The position numbers and the translations under genes were made by a program. From the NCBI GenBank assembly GCA_001724245.1, contig MEDX01000006.1, positions 1-64,000 on the forward strand: DNA of 64,000 nucleotides. Reading direction: 5' to 3'. Origin of the DNA: Fonticula-like sp. SCN 57-25 (Eukaryota). Below, one piece after another: positions 1 to 12,227 of the stretch (position 1 is its first letter; each line of letters starts with the position of its first letter). The notes below the pieces were generated by a model. It was not told the DNA's origin. It was given only the letters and a program-made list of their open reading frames with translations, and did no database searches.

Positions 1-167
1 ACGACGGAGATGTGCAAATGGACGATCGGGGCGTTCGGCATCGCCAGAGTGACAGCGAAGAAGAGGAGGAGGAACAGGGTAGCCGCAAGTCTAAGAAGAG
101 TGCCAAGAGGGGAAAGGGAAGCAAAGGAAAAGACGTGTCATCTCGCTTCTTTGATGACATTTCATAG
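1..167 (+). CDS. 3' end of a gene starting upstream of the window; acidic/basic tail ending ...SRFFDDIS*, possibly WDR55/JIP5-like
   Basis: Frame from position 3 is open: DGDVQMDDRGVRHRQSDSEEEEEEQGSRKSKKSAKRGKGSKGKDVSSRFFDDIS, TAG at 165-167. A terminal FFxD(L/I) after a K-rich tract resembles WDR55/Jip5 tails (recall only). Confidence 0.55.
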   Translation, partial: DGDVQMDDRGVRHRQSDSEEEEEEQGSRKSKKSAKRGKGSKGKDVSSRFFDDIS

Positions 168-339
168 ATTTTTATCGTGCTTCCTTACATCCATTGTTGT
201 ACATTGCATTGCATTCGTTTACTTATTGGCTTGTTTTTACCGATTCAATGCATAAGAGGACAAATTTCGGACGACGGTTTCATTCATTGTTTGACGGGAT
301 GTCTGTGAATCGAGTCGGTCGCGTTGAGTCTTGCTGGGG

Positions 340-1080
340 CGTGTACCGGTACTGCGTACAAAAGGGAACAACACAAAAGAACAGTGCCACGAGGCACATT
401 TCACACTATTTTACAAGTTTTGACCAGTTGGGGATACCTAAGAGGCGCGTGCGTTGTCCTGTTGGCGTGGGCGTCCTGCCAGCCAGCTGTAGTGCGCGCT
501 ATTGGTCTAGCGGCACGTGTGTGCGCGTGTCCTGGCGTTGACTTGATCGAGGGCGTCGTCTGGACCGATGGTCGACCACCGATAAGGGGTGGGGTCGGAC
601 GACGATTACTGATGACCGTGTGACAGTGTGCCGAGCTTGTATTGCGACGCAAAGGAAAGAACACAAGAGAACAAGGTGCCACGAGGCAATTCACAGTACT
701 TATACAAAAGGCTCAACCAGTCGGAGATAAGCTACGCGGCGTGTACGCTTTCATACTGGCGAGGGCGTCCTGCCGGTCAGCTACAGTGCGCGTTATTGGT
801 CCTGCGTGTGAACGTCCTAGTTAGTTGCCTAGCTCGTGTGCTGGGTCAGCGATGGTGTCGACTCGATCGAGAGGCCGTTGTCTGGGCCGATTGTTGACCG
901 TGACGGTGATTCCTGATGACCGTGTGCAGTGGGTGCTCATATCTCCGCGAATACTTGTCGTAGAGCGATGGTTCAGGGGTCATTCGAGAGCTCGCGACGA
1001 GACGAGTCGAGTGGTATCGCTCAGGAGGGCGGTGCGGGCGGTGCGGGAGGGCACCGGCATGTGCAGGGGTGTTGGAGTTT
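340..1080 (+). repeat. Left arm of a modular inverted repeat (two diverged ~290-bp tandem units plus an inner module)
   Basis: 340-620 and 620-925 share motifs (AACACAAnAGAACA..GTGCCACGAGGCA, GGGCGTCCTGCC, CTGATGACCGTGTG). 738-819 is an exact reverse complement of 2561-2642. Confidence 0.9.
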
Positions 1081-1949
1081 GTTCGTTTGGAGTAGATTTC
1101 GGTTCACTTTGGCAGCTGCTATCGTGGTAGCCCTGGATTGGGGGAACTTCGGGGCTAAGGTTTACTTACACATGGGCGGCAAAGTAACTGAGAAGCAACA
1201 ACACTCGTTTGTTGTAATAGCATACAGTTCTTGAGCGCCTATGCAAGCATAGTGTCCCTTCTAATGCACTTAGTGTCCAATGTCATTGCTTTTGAACGTA
1301 ACTTTTCTGTGGGTGAGTGGCCTGGTTTAAGAGGTAGATAGGTATGGGCGGAAATTTTTGTGCGAAAGTGTGGGAGCAAAATAAACGCATTCCCGCGGTA
1401 TGTGGTATCGGTGGGTCTAGGTCAAGCTGGCGTCAAAGTCTGACTCAAAGACCGGCCACCCTGTTCAACAACAGCTTGGCCGAGAATATTGTCTCTACTA
1501 ATACAAAGTTTCGTTCTATATGACGAAAAGGGAATCCGATGCACCTAGTGCCTCTTAATTTGGACCAATCGCGACGATTGTTTCTTCGTCAGATTATGGG
1601 GATTGGTTGATGACAAAAATACTGATGCATTGAATTTGTTCATTAATCCACATCAAAATAACACGTTTCAAACCTCGAGTATGGAAGTGAATGAAGGTCT
1701 CTCGTCCCGGGAAGCCAGCTAGTTCCACGCTGCTTCACTACTGTTCAGTGCATGACTCGAGAAGGATGCCCTCCGTCGGGATGTCTTTGCCTATGAATAC
1801 GGTGTTGAACGGGGGTTTCGTGCGAGCATTTTTTACCCAATTTTACCCACCCAACAGACCGAGAGGTTCTGAAGGCGCCACCATCAATCACCATGTTCTC
1901 TTTGCGTGATTCCGAACGACACTCAGCGAGAACTGTCAGGCGCAACACC

Positions 1950-2855
1950 AATCACTCCTACACCCCCTGTACCACGCGCGACTCTGTCCTGAGTGGCATC
2001 ACTTGGCTCGTCTTGTCGCGAGCTCTCGAACGACCCCTTAACCATCGCTCTACGACGAGTATTCGCGGAGATATGAGCACCCGCACACCGGGTCATCAGG
2101 AAGCATCGCCCGACGCCACCCCTCATCGGTGGTCGACCAGCGGCCCAGACGACGCCTTCGATCGAGTCAACACCAGGACACGCGTACACACGTGCCGCTT
2201 GTCAGGACATTCGCACGAAGGACCAACAACGCGCATTACAGATGGCAGGGCGTCTACAGCATTAGAACGACTGTCAGGAATCACCTCTACCAGTCCTGCA
2301 CGGGTCGCGCCCTCTGGCTTCACGCACAGCACCTCCATAAGCGATATCATTCGACTCGCCTCGTCACGAGCTCTCGAACGCACTGTGAATCATCGCTCTA
2401 CGACAAGTATTCGCGGAGATACGAGCACCGGCGACACACGGTCAACAGGAGTCGCCGTCCGATCCCTTCACGGTCAACAACCATCAGCCCAGGCAACGGC
2501 CTCACGATCGCGTCGACACCATCGCTGACCCGGCACATGCGCACACACGTGCTAGGCAATTAGGACGTTCACACGCAGGACCAATAACGCGCACTGTAGC
2601 TGACCGGCAGGACGCCCTCGCCAGTATGAAAGCGTACACGCCTCGTAGCTTATCTCCGACTGGCTGGGCCTTTTGTATATAGCTGTTGTGTTCTTTCCTT
2701 TGCGTTGCAGTACAAGCTCGGCATACTGTCACACGACGTACACGACTCGCAGCTTAATCTTCGACCAGTCGAGCCCCTTGTGTATGCCTCGTACCATGGC
2801 ACTGTTCTTTTGTGTTCTCTCCTTTGCGATATTATACAAGCTCGGCACAGTCACA
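1950..2855 (-). repeat. Right arm of the modular inverted repeat
   Basis: Reverse-complement matches: 1987-2082 to 931-1026, ~2091-2199 to ~510-618, ~2341-2735 to ~620-1020, plus a partial extra module at 2735-2855. Confidence 0.9.
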
Positions 2856-2975
2856 CTCTTCCCATAGAAATCGGACACTCAAAACTCACTCGCCACCCTG
2901 TTCGTAGAGGCTTGCACAAGCGACTGGGACAATAATAATCGGGAACATCAATAATTCATTGAACAATAAAAAGTG

Positions 2976-4539
2976 CTAACTCTCAATGAAGCGCGCAAGC
3001 ACTCCTCTAACGAGTCCGCTCACAGTATCGGTTTCATTCTCATAATAGTGCATTACCACGGCCATGGCAGCCATAAACATGGCGGTCTCTCCGTGCTTAA
3101 CGCGGGCAAAAAGCTACGAAAAAAGTAAGCAAATGGTGCAGTGAAGAAAGTAAGTCGCCGAACCTTATGGTCTGCCAGAATATGGAAAAGGCTGTCTGCA
3201 CCGCGGGGAAGCGCATACATAGCAAGCTCCGCACGTCGGCTCTCCCTCTCAATGAAGATCGACAATGACGAGAAGATGCCTGCAAACCAATACACAAACT
3301 TGTGGTCCGTTTTCACATCGGCAAACCTATGAAAAGTCACTGGTGAGGCAAATCAATAGCGATAACGGCTCTTACCCAATACCAAGTAGGCGCCGGTGCG
3401 CGCTAATGAAAAACATATAAAGTGCAACGAATGCAGCCAAAAATGTTGTCGACCTTGCCGCTGACAAGACTCCCTTTACAAGCATGCCAATTGGATCTTT
3501 AAATACTCGCGAGGTCTGCATGAGCATCACTGGGACAAAGGTCAGACTCAAGTATAGAGGAATAACCTTGCCAAAAGAGTCCAGGAAAACCTTGACGGCT
3601 AAAAAGTTGTCAGCAAAGAGCAGTGAGACTTGAGCCCAGCGAACCATTGAGGACTATGTTGGCCTGAGCTGGATGTAGGATGTAGTTGGGAATATACTTT
3701 GGGAACTGGTCAGTTATCATGCGTGTTCCACCCTTCTTGAGAGCGTAGGCGTTCAGGCGATCCACGTCGATAGGCTGTCCTCGAATGTTCTTCCGCACAT
3801 TCTCAAGAACCATGCCGTCGATGGGTCCACTATAGAAATCACCGTCAGCACTTCGACAGCAAGCCAATACAATACGCACGTTTTGACGATGAATTTGTAG
3901 TAGGATTCTGGGATCGACTCGGGCCGAAGCACGTAAGCATACATAACCTGAGCGGATGCAAGCATGAAAAGTAGTGCGTCGCCATGACGGAGGGTGTCCG
4001 GAAGGAATGAAAACTTGCCACGGCTCTCTAGTGCATTGAACCCGCACTGCAACGCCCTATGTCCCACAAAATCAGCTGAGCCTCGTCTGACCGCAAAGCA
4101 AAAACAAGGCATGTCATTGCCTCGTGCGCAAATGAAGAACGCACCTGACAACCATATACTGAGCAAGAGTGACCCTTGTGTCCGGGTCGAGAGCTAGAAT
4201 GGCCAAACCTGCTACAGATCCTGCGATAGCGGCGTTCGATTTCGCTTGTTCTCCACGCGCTCTCCGAACGACTCCGAGGGCGGCTCGATAAATACCCGCA
4301 AACCCACCAACAAAGGCGCCGAACCGCACGCACTCGGTGTTCAGAAAAGACTTCTGCAGCGCGGCGAGCAGGGACACCTTCCCACGCAAAACCGACGTGA
4401 TCTTGAGCAGGAAAAAGAGCACCGAGCGCGCAGTGTAAGCCGTCAATGCACCTTTGGCACCGGTGATTACCCCGCGCAGCACGTCTGAAGCATACGATCC
4501 GCTGCCAGGAGCAGGATCTCGCTGCTTTGATAGAGACAT
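2976..4539 (-). CDS. TMEM135: TMEM135/PMP52-like multi-pass membrane protein (5 exons)
   Basis: Spliced ORFs give VRFGAFVGGFAGIYR, AIAGSVAGLAIL, HGDALLFMLASAQVMYAY and SIFIERESRRAELAMYALPRGADS. ATG at 4539; last exon ends ...ARFIES*, TAG at 2976-2978. Confidence 0.8.
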
Positions 4540-4909
4540 TTCCTCCAACAGCTAAAGCTTGGCAACACTGTAGTGGTGTGTGTTGGTGTTGGTGTGTGTG
4601 TGACTGGCCACGTGATCGTCAATTCGATCAATGCGGATCACAGCATCCCATATGGATGGATAATGGTTTACTGACGTTCTAATGCCTATTATACTGCTAC
4701 GGCGACGGCACGCAATACGACCACTTTATTCCCACAGACCGTGCAAGTTGCTCAAACCACAAATGCGGTTTCACAATTCTGACGCGCTAGCAATGGGTCC
4801 AAGCTGCCTCCATCAGATTCATGCATATTCTGGATTAATTCATTCATTACAGTACAATATGGGTTGAATTGCCTAGAAAAGATCGGAGCAAAACTATCTA
4901 GGGAGATGT

Positions 4910-7089
4910 CTAATCGCTAAAAGCGCTCATTCTCTCTTTCTGACCTGCCTTTTCTTGGTTCCTGGTATACTTAATAATAGTCATGATGTGTGCAGGGGTG
5001 ATGCCTGGTATCCTGCCCGCAGCACTGATATTCGCCGGACGATGTTTGCTGAGCTTTTCTCTGGCTTCGGAGCTAAGCCCCCCAAGCAACGCATAGTCAA
5101 TGTCGCTGGGAATCTGCATCGCAGCGTCCTCACGACGAAATTGCTCCACCTGGGCCTGCTGCTGCACCAGGTAGCTCGCGTATCTTCCCTCGAGCATCAC
5201 ACGCTCAAGCACTTCGTCTGAAAAGGCGGCAGCGCCAGGAATCGCGCGCACAAGGCTCTCGCTGGTGATGTCATTGTACTCGAGAATGCGCAACCCACTG
5301 CGACGTTGCCCGTCTCCACGAACAGTGACGCCAGCGGCTGCCCACTCCCGTGGCGTTAGGTGAGTCGAGCCGAGCAACGAGCGAAGCTCCTCGACAGCAC
5401 TTGACAATGCTGCAAAGCTCGTCCAGCGATCTTCACGAATCGCGCCAAGCGCGCGACCGAGGGGTGTGAGACGAAGATCGGCGTTGTCAGCTCGAAGCGA
5501 TAGCCGGAACTCGGAGCGACTGAGGAAAAGTCCACTGTCAAAATCGCTACCCATCACTGAACATGTTTTGCGTACCTTGTAAACATACGATACGGCTCCT
5601 CAGTGCCAAACGTCACCAAGTCATCTATCAGCACGCCGATGTAGGCATCTGCTCTATCAAGAACGAATGGCTTTTTTCCGAGCACGCGCAGTCCTGCGTT
5701 GATGCCAGCCATGATACCCTGCGCGGCTGCCTCTTCATATCCCGTCGTTCCATTGATTTGCCCCGCGAGATATAGATTCCCAAGTCGCTTTGTTTCAAGA
5801 GTGCGATGAAGACCCCGCGGGTCGATAAAATCGTACTCAACTCCATACCCTAAGGAACGCTCAAACCGTCAGCGAGAAAGCGTAATAAACCACGCGAAAA
5901 ACACACCGGGTTTGACCATTTCAACGTTCTCAAGACCCTTAATGCATCGCAAAGCTTGCAGTTGCACCTCTTCTGGCTCGGAAATACTGATACCATTCGG
6001 ATAGATCAAATCCGAATCCAGTCCTAGTCCCGAGCGTCAATGCCATCAAACCAACAAAACATTCGTCGCACCTTCGGGTTCCAGCCAGATTATGTGGCTG
6101 TCTCTCTCCTTAAAGCGAGTAATCTTCGCTTCAAGCGAAGGGCAGTAGCGCGGCCCTCTGATCTCTTCTTTCAGATGGCAGCTCAAATGCATGTTGTCCC
6201 GAATTATCGTGTGAACACGCTCATTGGTTCTCGTCTGGTAGCAGGGCACAAGCTTGCCCTCACGCTTCATGCGCGGCGCATGCCGCGGCGTCAAAAAACT
6301 AAGAGGCATTATAGCATCATCGCTATACTGTGGCTCAAGGTCGGTAAAGTCAATGGATTTTGCGAGCAGTCGTGGCGGCGTCCCAGTACGCATGCGTCCT
6401 AGCGAAAAGCCCCGAGACAAAAGAGTGTTGGAAAGGGCCGTCGCCGCCTGTTCGCCCATTCGGCCGGCAGGGAACGATTTCATACCAACATGCACTTCAC
6501 CTCTGAGAAACGTCCCTGTCGTGATCACCACGCTTTTGCTCGAAATACGCGTGCCGTCCTCAAGGACGACTCCTGCGACGCGTGTCTCGCATGGAACATC
6601 GGGCGTGTTCGAGGGAGCCGACGAGCCTGTCACTGGCTCCTCAACAATAAGATCACCCACACTGCCCGCTTTCAGCGACAGGTTGGGATATGACTTTAGT
6701 GTCGCCTGCATGCCTTCACGGTATAGCTTGCGGTCAACCTGTGCACGCGGTCCCCACACAGCGGGCCCCTTCGAAAAGTTCAGAACGCGGAACTGAATTC
6801 CTGCGTCGTCTGCTAGCTGACCACAGACACCACCTAGCGCGTCCACCTCTCGGACAAGGGTACCCTTGCCAACGCCGCCAAAAGAAGGGTTGCACGACAT
6901 CTCGCCAAGCGTGTCGAGACGCTGAGTCACCAGTAGCGTCCTCGCGCCGATGCGGGCAGCCGCCGTGGCCGCTTCACATCCTGCATGTCCTCCTCCAACA
7001 ACAACCACGTCAAAGTCATATCCGCTCGACAAAAATGACCGACATCGCAGGCTAGCGGGCACACGCCTCGCGGCCTTACCCAGCAGCAT
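4910..7089 (-). CDS. MTO1: Mitochondrial tRNA U34 modification enzyme MTO1/GidA (MnmG), 4 exons
   Basis: [70 protein letters not shown]. Arg-rich N-terminal presequence-like segment; three GT-AG introns. Confidence 0.95.
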
Positions 7090-7296
7090 GACACGCGCGC
7101 CGAAGGCTGCTGATGGTGCCAAGGCTCACCTCGCCGCGAGGATGCAAACCAGGCTGCAAACTGTTGATAACCATCATCGAACGATGTTTTATGTCCATCA
7201 AGAAAGTGTTTGGCGGCGGAGACACAGCTGTGTGTGTTGCTGTTGGTGTACGCGCTGTGACGTTGAGTGTGCGCAGGTGGGCACTAGAAAGTCACC

Positions 7297-10200
7297 ATGC
7301 ACACCGCGTTTCACGCGTACGTGGTGCTTGAGAAGCTTCCACTGAAGCTCGAGTGTATCGAGGCGTACAAGTCAATCCTGCTTGTCGGTACCGCCGAAGG
7401 CGTTGTTGTTGTCGTCGATGTAAAGCAGGCCACGGCAAAGGAACCGTTCTCGTCACGGATTGTCGCGACGCACAAGAATTTTGGCAAGAAGCCCATTGAG
7501 CAGCTTGCAGCTATCGAGGACCTTGATCTGTTGCTTGCGCTCTCCGATGGCGTCATTTCGATCCATGAGCTTTCATCGGGGAGCTTCCGCGCCCAGATGG
7601 CCAAGACGAAAGGAGCCAACTTGTTCGCGGTCGATGTCCAGAAGAGCGAAGGAAAGCCGCCGGTTGTCAGACTTTGCGTTAGCGCAAGAAGGAAGCTCAT
7701 CATGTTTGAATGGGCCAACAACGACTTTGTCGAGGTCAAGGTGCGCTCTCTTTTGAGGTTAGCAACGTGAAATGGTTTTGACGCGCGTTCTTTTATTTTG
7801 CAGGAGCTGGCTGTTCCCGACAAAGCGCGCGTGATTCTCTTTTGTGGAGACAAGCTGTGTGTTGGATTCCAGAAGGAGTACAGCATGATTAGCATCGCCA
7901 CCGGTAATTCGGTCGAGATTTTCCAGACAAGCAAGAGCCGCACGATGGCTGTAAAGCTACCCAACAACGAAATGGTTCTCGGAAGGGATCATACTGGTAT
8001 TATCCTCGGCCAGGATGGACGTCCCGCAAGGAAGCATGCTCTAGTGTGGTCTGAGCCGCCCGAAATGATCGGTTATTGCTTCCCGTACGTGATCGGGCTT
8101 GTGTCACGCGGAGTGGAGGTTCGCTCCATCGAGACACAGTCGCCGATTCAGGTGATCAACCTGCCGAAACCGCGCATTCTTACCGAAGGTAACAATGTTT
8201 ACGTCGCTTCGGCAACCGGCGTCTGGCGTCTTCAGCTTGTTTCTCTGCTGTCGCAGGTTCGGTTTGAAATTTTCTGTTGTATACCCCTTTTAACCTTGCG
8301 CATAGATTGAGCAATTGGTTGACGAGAAAGAGTTTGAAGAGGCCATCTACTTGCTCAACAAGATAGATGATATTTCACCCAATGAAAAGGTTAGTTTCTT
8401 GCTTGTTGTTGCATGTATATGCTGACGATTTGTTAGAATGAACGTCTTCGTGGAGTTCGCCGCACGCTTGCGTTCAACTTGTTTGCCAAGAAGGAGTTTG
8501 AGAAGGCCATGAACGTTTTCCAAGAATTGAACGCAGACGCAGCGGAGGTGATTGGTCTTTTCCCCACTCTTATGGGAGACGTCCCTGCCAATTTTGACTA
8601 CCCTATCAAGGTTCCGAAGCTCGGTGCGAGAGACTATCGGTTGTTTTTTCGGGTGTACTGATTATTTTTTTTTGCAGAGGGACCGGATTTGGAGCGCGCG
8701 CTTGTCGCATTGGTTAGCTTCCTCACCGATCGACGCCTGAACCTTAACCAGCTCCAGCGTCACGACGAGGACGCCTACTTTGACCAGTCAAATGTGGCAG
8801 CGGGCTCAACCGGGCCCAAGAACGGTAGACCGCACGACGACGACGATGCCCAGGCCAATTCTTTCCGAGAACTTGGCCAGATCATCGACACCACTCTTCT
8901 TAAAGCGTACCTGCTCACCAACAACAGCACGCTTGTCGGGGCACTCCTACGTGTGCCGAACCAGTGTCATGTAGCCGAAAGTGTCAAGATGCTGCTCCAG
9001 TACAAAAAGTACGGCGAATTGGTCGAGCTGTACCATGGCAAGGACATGCATTTGGACGCCCTGCAGCTTCTGGCAAAGTACGGGAGTCTTCCTAATAATG
9101 CCCTGCACGGTGTCGGCCCAACCGTCGCCTACCTGCACCGTCTCAACGCAAACTACATTGAGCTCATCTTGGAGTTTTCCAAGTGGGTCATCCAAGCGGA
9201 CGAAGCAGAGGGTCTGCGGGTATGTGCTGAGGTTTTTGTTGATATGTGCGGGTTACTCAATGTTGTCTAGATTTTTACTGAGCACCCGCATATCAACGAC
9301 TTGCCTCGTCAGCGTATCCTGGAACACCTGGTCAAGCTCGGTGGGCCCAAACTGGCGATCCCTTTCCTCGAGTTTATTGTCAATGTCAAGGGTGAAAAGA
9401 AGGAGGAGTTTCACAACCAGCTTTTGTTATTCTACCTGGGCGACGCCGAGGAACTGCTGCGCAAGTCAGAAGCAGGTATTGGCAGCTGGCAATGATTCAA
9501 CGAGTGCTAACTATGTTGCAGAGAAATCGCCGTCTCCGCCGTCGTCGCACCCAGTTAGGGTCAAGCTTCTCAACTTTTTGGAGCGATCGCAGTACTACAC
9601 GCCGCAAAAGATGCACCGCAGCTTCCCCCCGAACAGTGCGTTCCCCGCGACATGCTGCGTGTTGCGTTCTAACGTTTGTTAGGCCTTTACGAGGAGCGTG
9701 CGATCCTTCTCAGTCGTCTCGGGCAGCATGACCAGGCGCTTGCCATCTACGCCCACAAGCTAAAGAGCTTTTCGCTAGCCGAGGAGTACGCCTACGGTCA
9801 GCACTAATTTGCCCTGGCTAATCACTATATTTCAGGTACTGTGGTAAACACTATGACCCAGAGAAGGAGGACGCCAAGGACGTGTACTTGTCGCTTCTTC
9901 GCGCGTACCTCAAGCCAGAGGGCGAATCAGCCGAGCCTCTTATTGCGCCTGCCATGGACCTCCTTAAAAAGTACCACAGCAAGATGAACGCCGCCAAGGT
10001 ACGATGCGGATGCATTGTCTACGTTTATCGTTTTCAATGTTTTTCGCTTTTGTTGACGCGGGCTTTCTTTAGGCACTTGATCTGCTTCCTGCCGATTCGA
10101 CGAAAATCAGCGGTATTTACTCGTTCATCGAGAGTGTTCTTCGCGAAGACAGCATGAAGCGCTACAACAACCAAGTCGTCAAGAACCTTCTCAAGAGCGA

Positions 10201-10378
10201 GCATCTGCAGGTGCAGGAGCAGTTGATCCATTATAGAAGCAGGAGGGTTGTGATTGATGCTGACAGGACGTGCCCCGTTTGCAACAAGAGGATAGGCACA
10301 AGTGTTTTTGCGTGCTATCCGAACGGTGTAGTAGTGCACTACATCTGCTGCAAGGATAGAAACGTGTGCCCTGTCTGA
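7297..10378 (+). CDS. VPS39: HOPS subunit Vps39/Vam6 (CNH domain, CHCR repeat, C-terminal zinc finger); multi-exon
   Basis: N-terminal CNH-like region (LLVGTAEG, KKPIEQL), IIDTTLLKAYL, YEERAILLSRLGQHDQAL, C-terminal CPVCNKRIGTSVFACYPNGVVVHYIC. About 10 canonical introns. Confidence 0.93.
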
Positions 10379-10562
10379 TTGGTGTATACTTTAATGCGTA
10401 CCAGTTTGTATGGACATATCATACATGAGATGTTTGGTTCCCAGAGGAGCGTGATTCCTGTACACGGTCATGAACGAATACTATTATTTTTATTGCCAGA
10501 CATTCCGTGGTCTAGATATCGCAAATTGCACTTGTAGTAGTAGTAGGTTCCGCACTCGGCTC

Positions 10563-11426
10563 TTAAAACATCGTCTTGGCCTTCTGCATGAGCGAGTCGC
10601 CTAGCATCTTGCCCATTGCGTTTCCAGCCATAGAGCTAAAGCCTCCGTCGCTGACGTCCGCGTTGGTGTCCCGCGCCTTTGCCTTCTCCTTGGCATTGGC
10701 ATGGCAGCGGCGATAGGCAAGCACGTTGGCCATGTTGAGCGTGAGCGCCACCGCCACAAGAATAAGCCACGTCGGCGACAATGTCAGAATGCACACAATG
10801 CCCAGGAGCAGCCAGATGAGCGGGAAAATGTAGAGCGTCCACCAGAAGACGCGCGAGTCCGACACATTGGCAATAACCGAAGGCTACAGTAGAAAAAGGA
10901 AAGCAAACCAAGCATTAGATAAGAGTAAAGCGGCGCTTTGAGCGGTGACGCACATCGCGAGATTCATAGATCCACGTTCCGCGGCCCTCTTCGTCTACCT
11001 CATTCCACCACCTGAGTCCGACGAGCAGTCTCCCCGATACGTTCTTCACCGTCCAAAAGTCAAAAGCAAGGAGAAGAATAGTGACCACAAACACCAAAAC
11101 AAAGTTGGACGTGAAAAGGTAAAGGAATAGATACATGACCACCGCCAATGTCCTGAACAGTAGGTGGAAAATCACTGCCACAGGATGACTAGGAAAGGGA
11201 GCGCGTGAGCAATGAAACAAGCGGCATAAGAGAGCACACCTCGACTGCTGAATAAAGGCGGGCGTGGAGCTCACAGGAGCCGCAGCTGATCCCGCAGGCG
11301 CGGCTGATGACGAAGCACCGGCGTACTGTGCCTCGACGTCATCAAAAGACGCGTTGGGTACAGCCGTCGACTACCATCGAGACCAATTAGCATCCACCGC
11401 TTCTCTCGCTCTCAATATCGTACCAT
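10563..11426 (-). CDS. TVP23: Golgi membrane protein TVP23/FAM18
   Basis: HPVAVIFHLLFR, DFWTVKNVSGRLLVGLRWWNEVDEEG, DSRVFWWTLY. The ATG (11424-11426) is immediately followed by intron 11423-11371. Confidence 0.92.
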
Positions 11427-11795
11427 TCTCGTTTAACTACTGGTTATCTATCCCTCCGAGCGCGTTTGCTTAACAAGATGGCCCACTCCCTCTGAGATTT
11501 AGCAATCCTACTCCGCGTGTTCGAGCCAAGATCGATCCACGACGCGGTAACTTCCCACTTGTGGGATTTGCAAATTTGCTACGTCAATCTGCACCAATCA
11601 AAATACAGTGCAAGGCTTGCATGCACGAGTAGTTTGTCAACAGGCGCTCCTGAAACGCGTGTAAAGGGGAGCTGACGACGAATAGCCCGCAGGGACACGC
11701 ATTGCTTGAGCAGGAGCGTGCGGACAAGTGTAAGGTGGTTGTATCCGTGATTTATTGTTTCACGATCTCTGCTGCCGGCGCGCATCGTTCTCGAA

Positions 11796-12227
11796 ATGCC
11801 GCCTTTCAACATCCGGCCTCGTAGTATGACAGGCATCGTGGGCATTGTGCTGACGCTTTCTCTTATGGTGTCATGCCTCGTTATGGGCACCGAGGAGCCG
11901 TGGCTGCTGCTTTTCCACCTCTTGGAGACGGTCGTCCAAGCGGTGTTGCTGTGCGTGCAGCGCTACTTTGATGCGTTCATCATTTGCTGGAACGTGACGG
12001 GTGAGTGGCTTGTTGAGATGATCGTGGCATACATTGACTTTTTGGGTTATATGTGCTCGCTCATGCTTGTGTGGCCCACCAACCTTGTGCTCACAACCGC
12101 GCTTAACTGCGCGCTCTTCTGGGCGTGGTTAATTGTGAGAACCGTGTGGCCGCAGCGCAAGGAGAGAGGCGAGCCGCTTCATGAGTCGCCTGCAGGCTAC
12201 GTCAAGTACAACGATATCAAAGTGTAA
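11796..12227 (+). CDS. Hypothetical small membrane protein (143 aa, intronless)
   Basis: ATG-initiated ORF with GC-rich third positions and several hydrophobic segments, followed by AT-rich UTR-like sequence. No family recognised. Confidence 0.55.
   Translation: MPPFNIRPRSMTGIVGIVLTLSLMVSCLVMGTEEPWLLLFHLLETVVQAVLLCVQRYFDAFIICWNVTGEWLVEMIVAYIDFLGYMCSLMLVWPTNLVLTTALNCALFWAWLIVRTVWPQRKERGEPLHESPAGYVKYNDIKV

Noticed and set aside
340-2855. CRISPR array or rDNA interpretation of the repeats
   Set aside because: No short constant repeats with unique spacers and no rRNA signature sequences; the context is eukaryotic nuclear.
194-2935. Short ORFs in the inverted-repeat region, some sharing peptides (e.g. 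IQKAQPVGDKLRGVYAF)
   Set aside because: The shared peptides only reflect the DNA repeat. Copies differ by frameshifting indels, and no transposase or RT motifs are visible.
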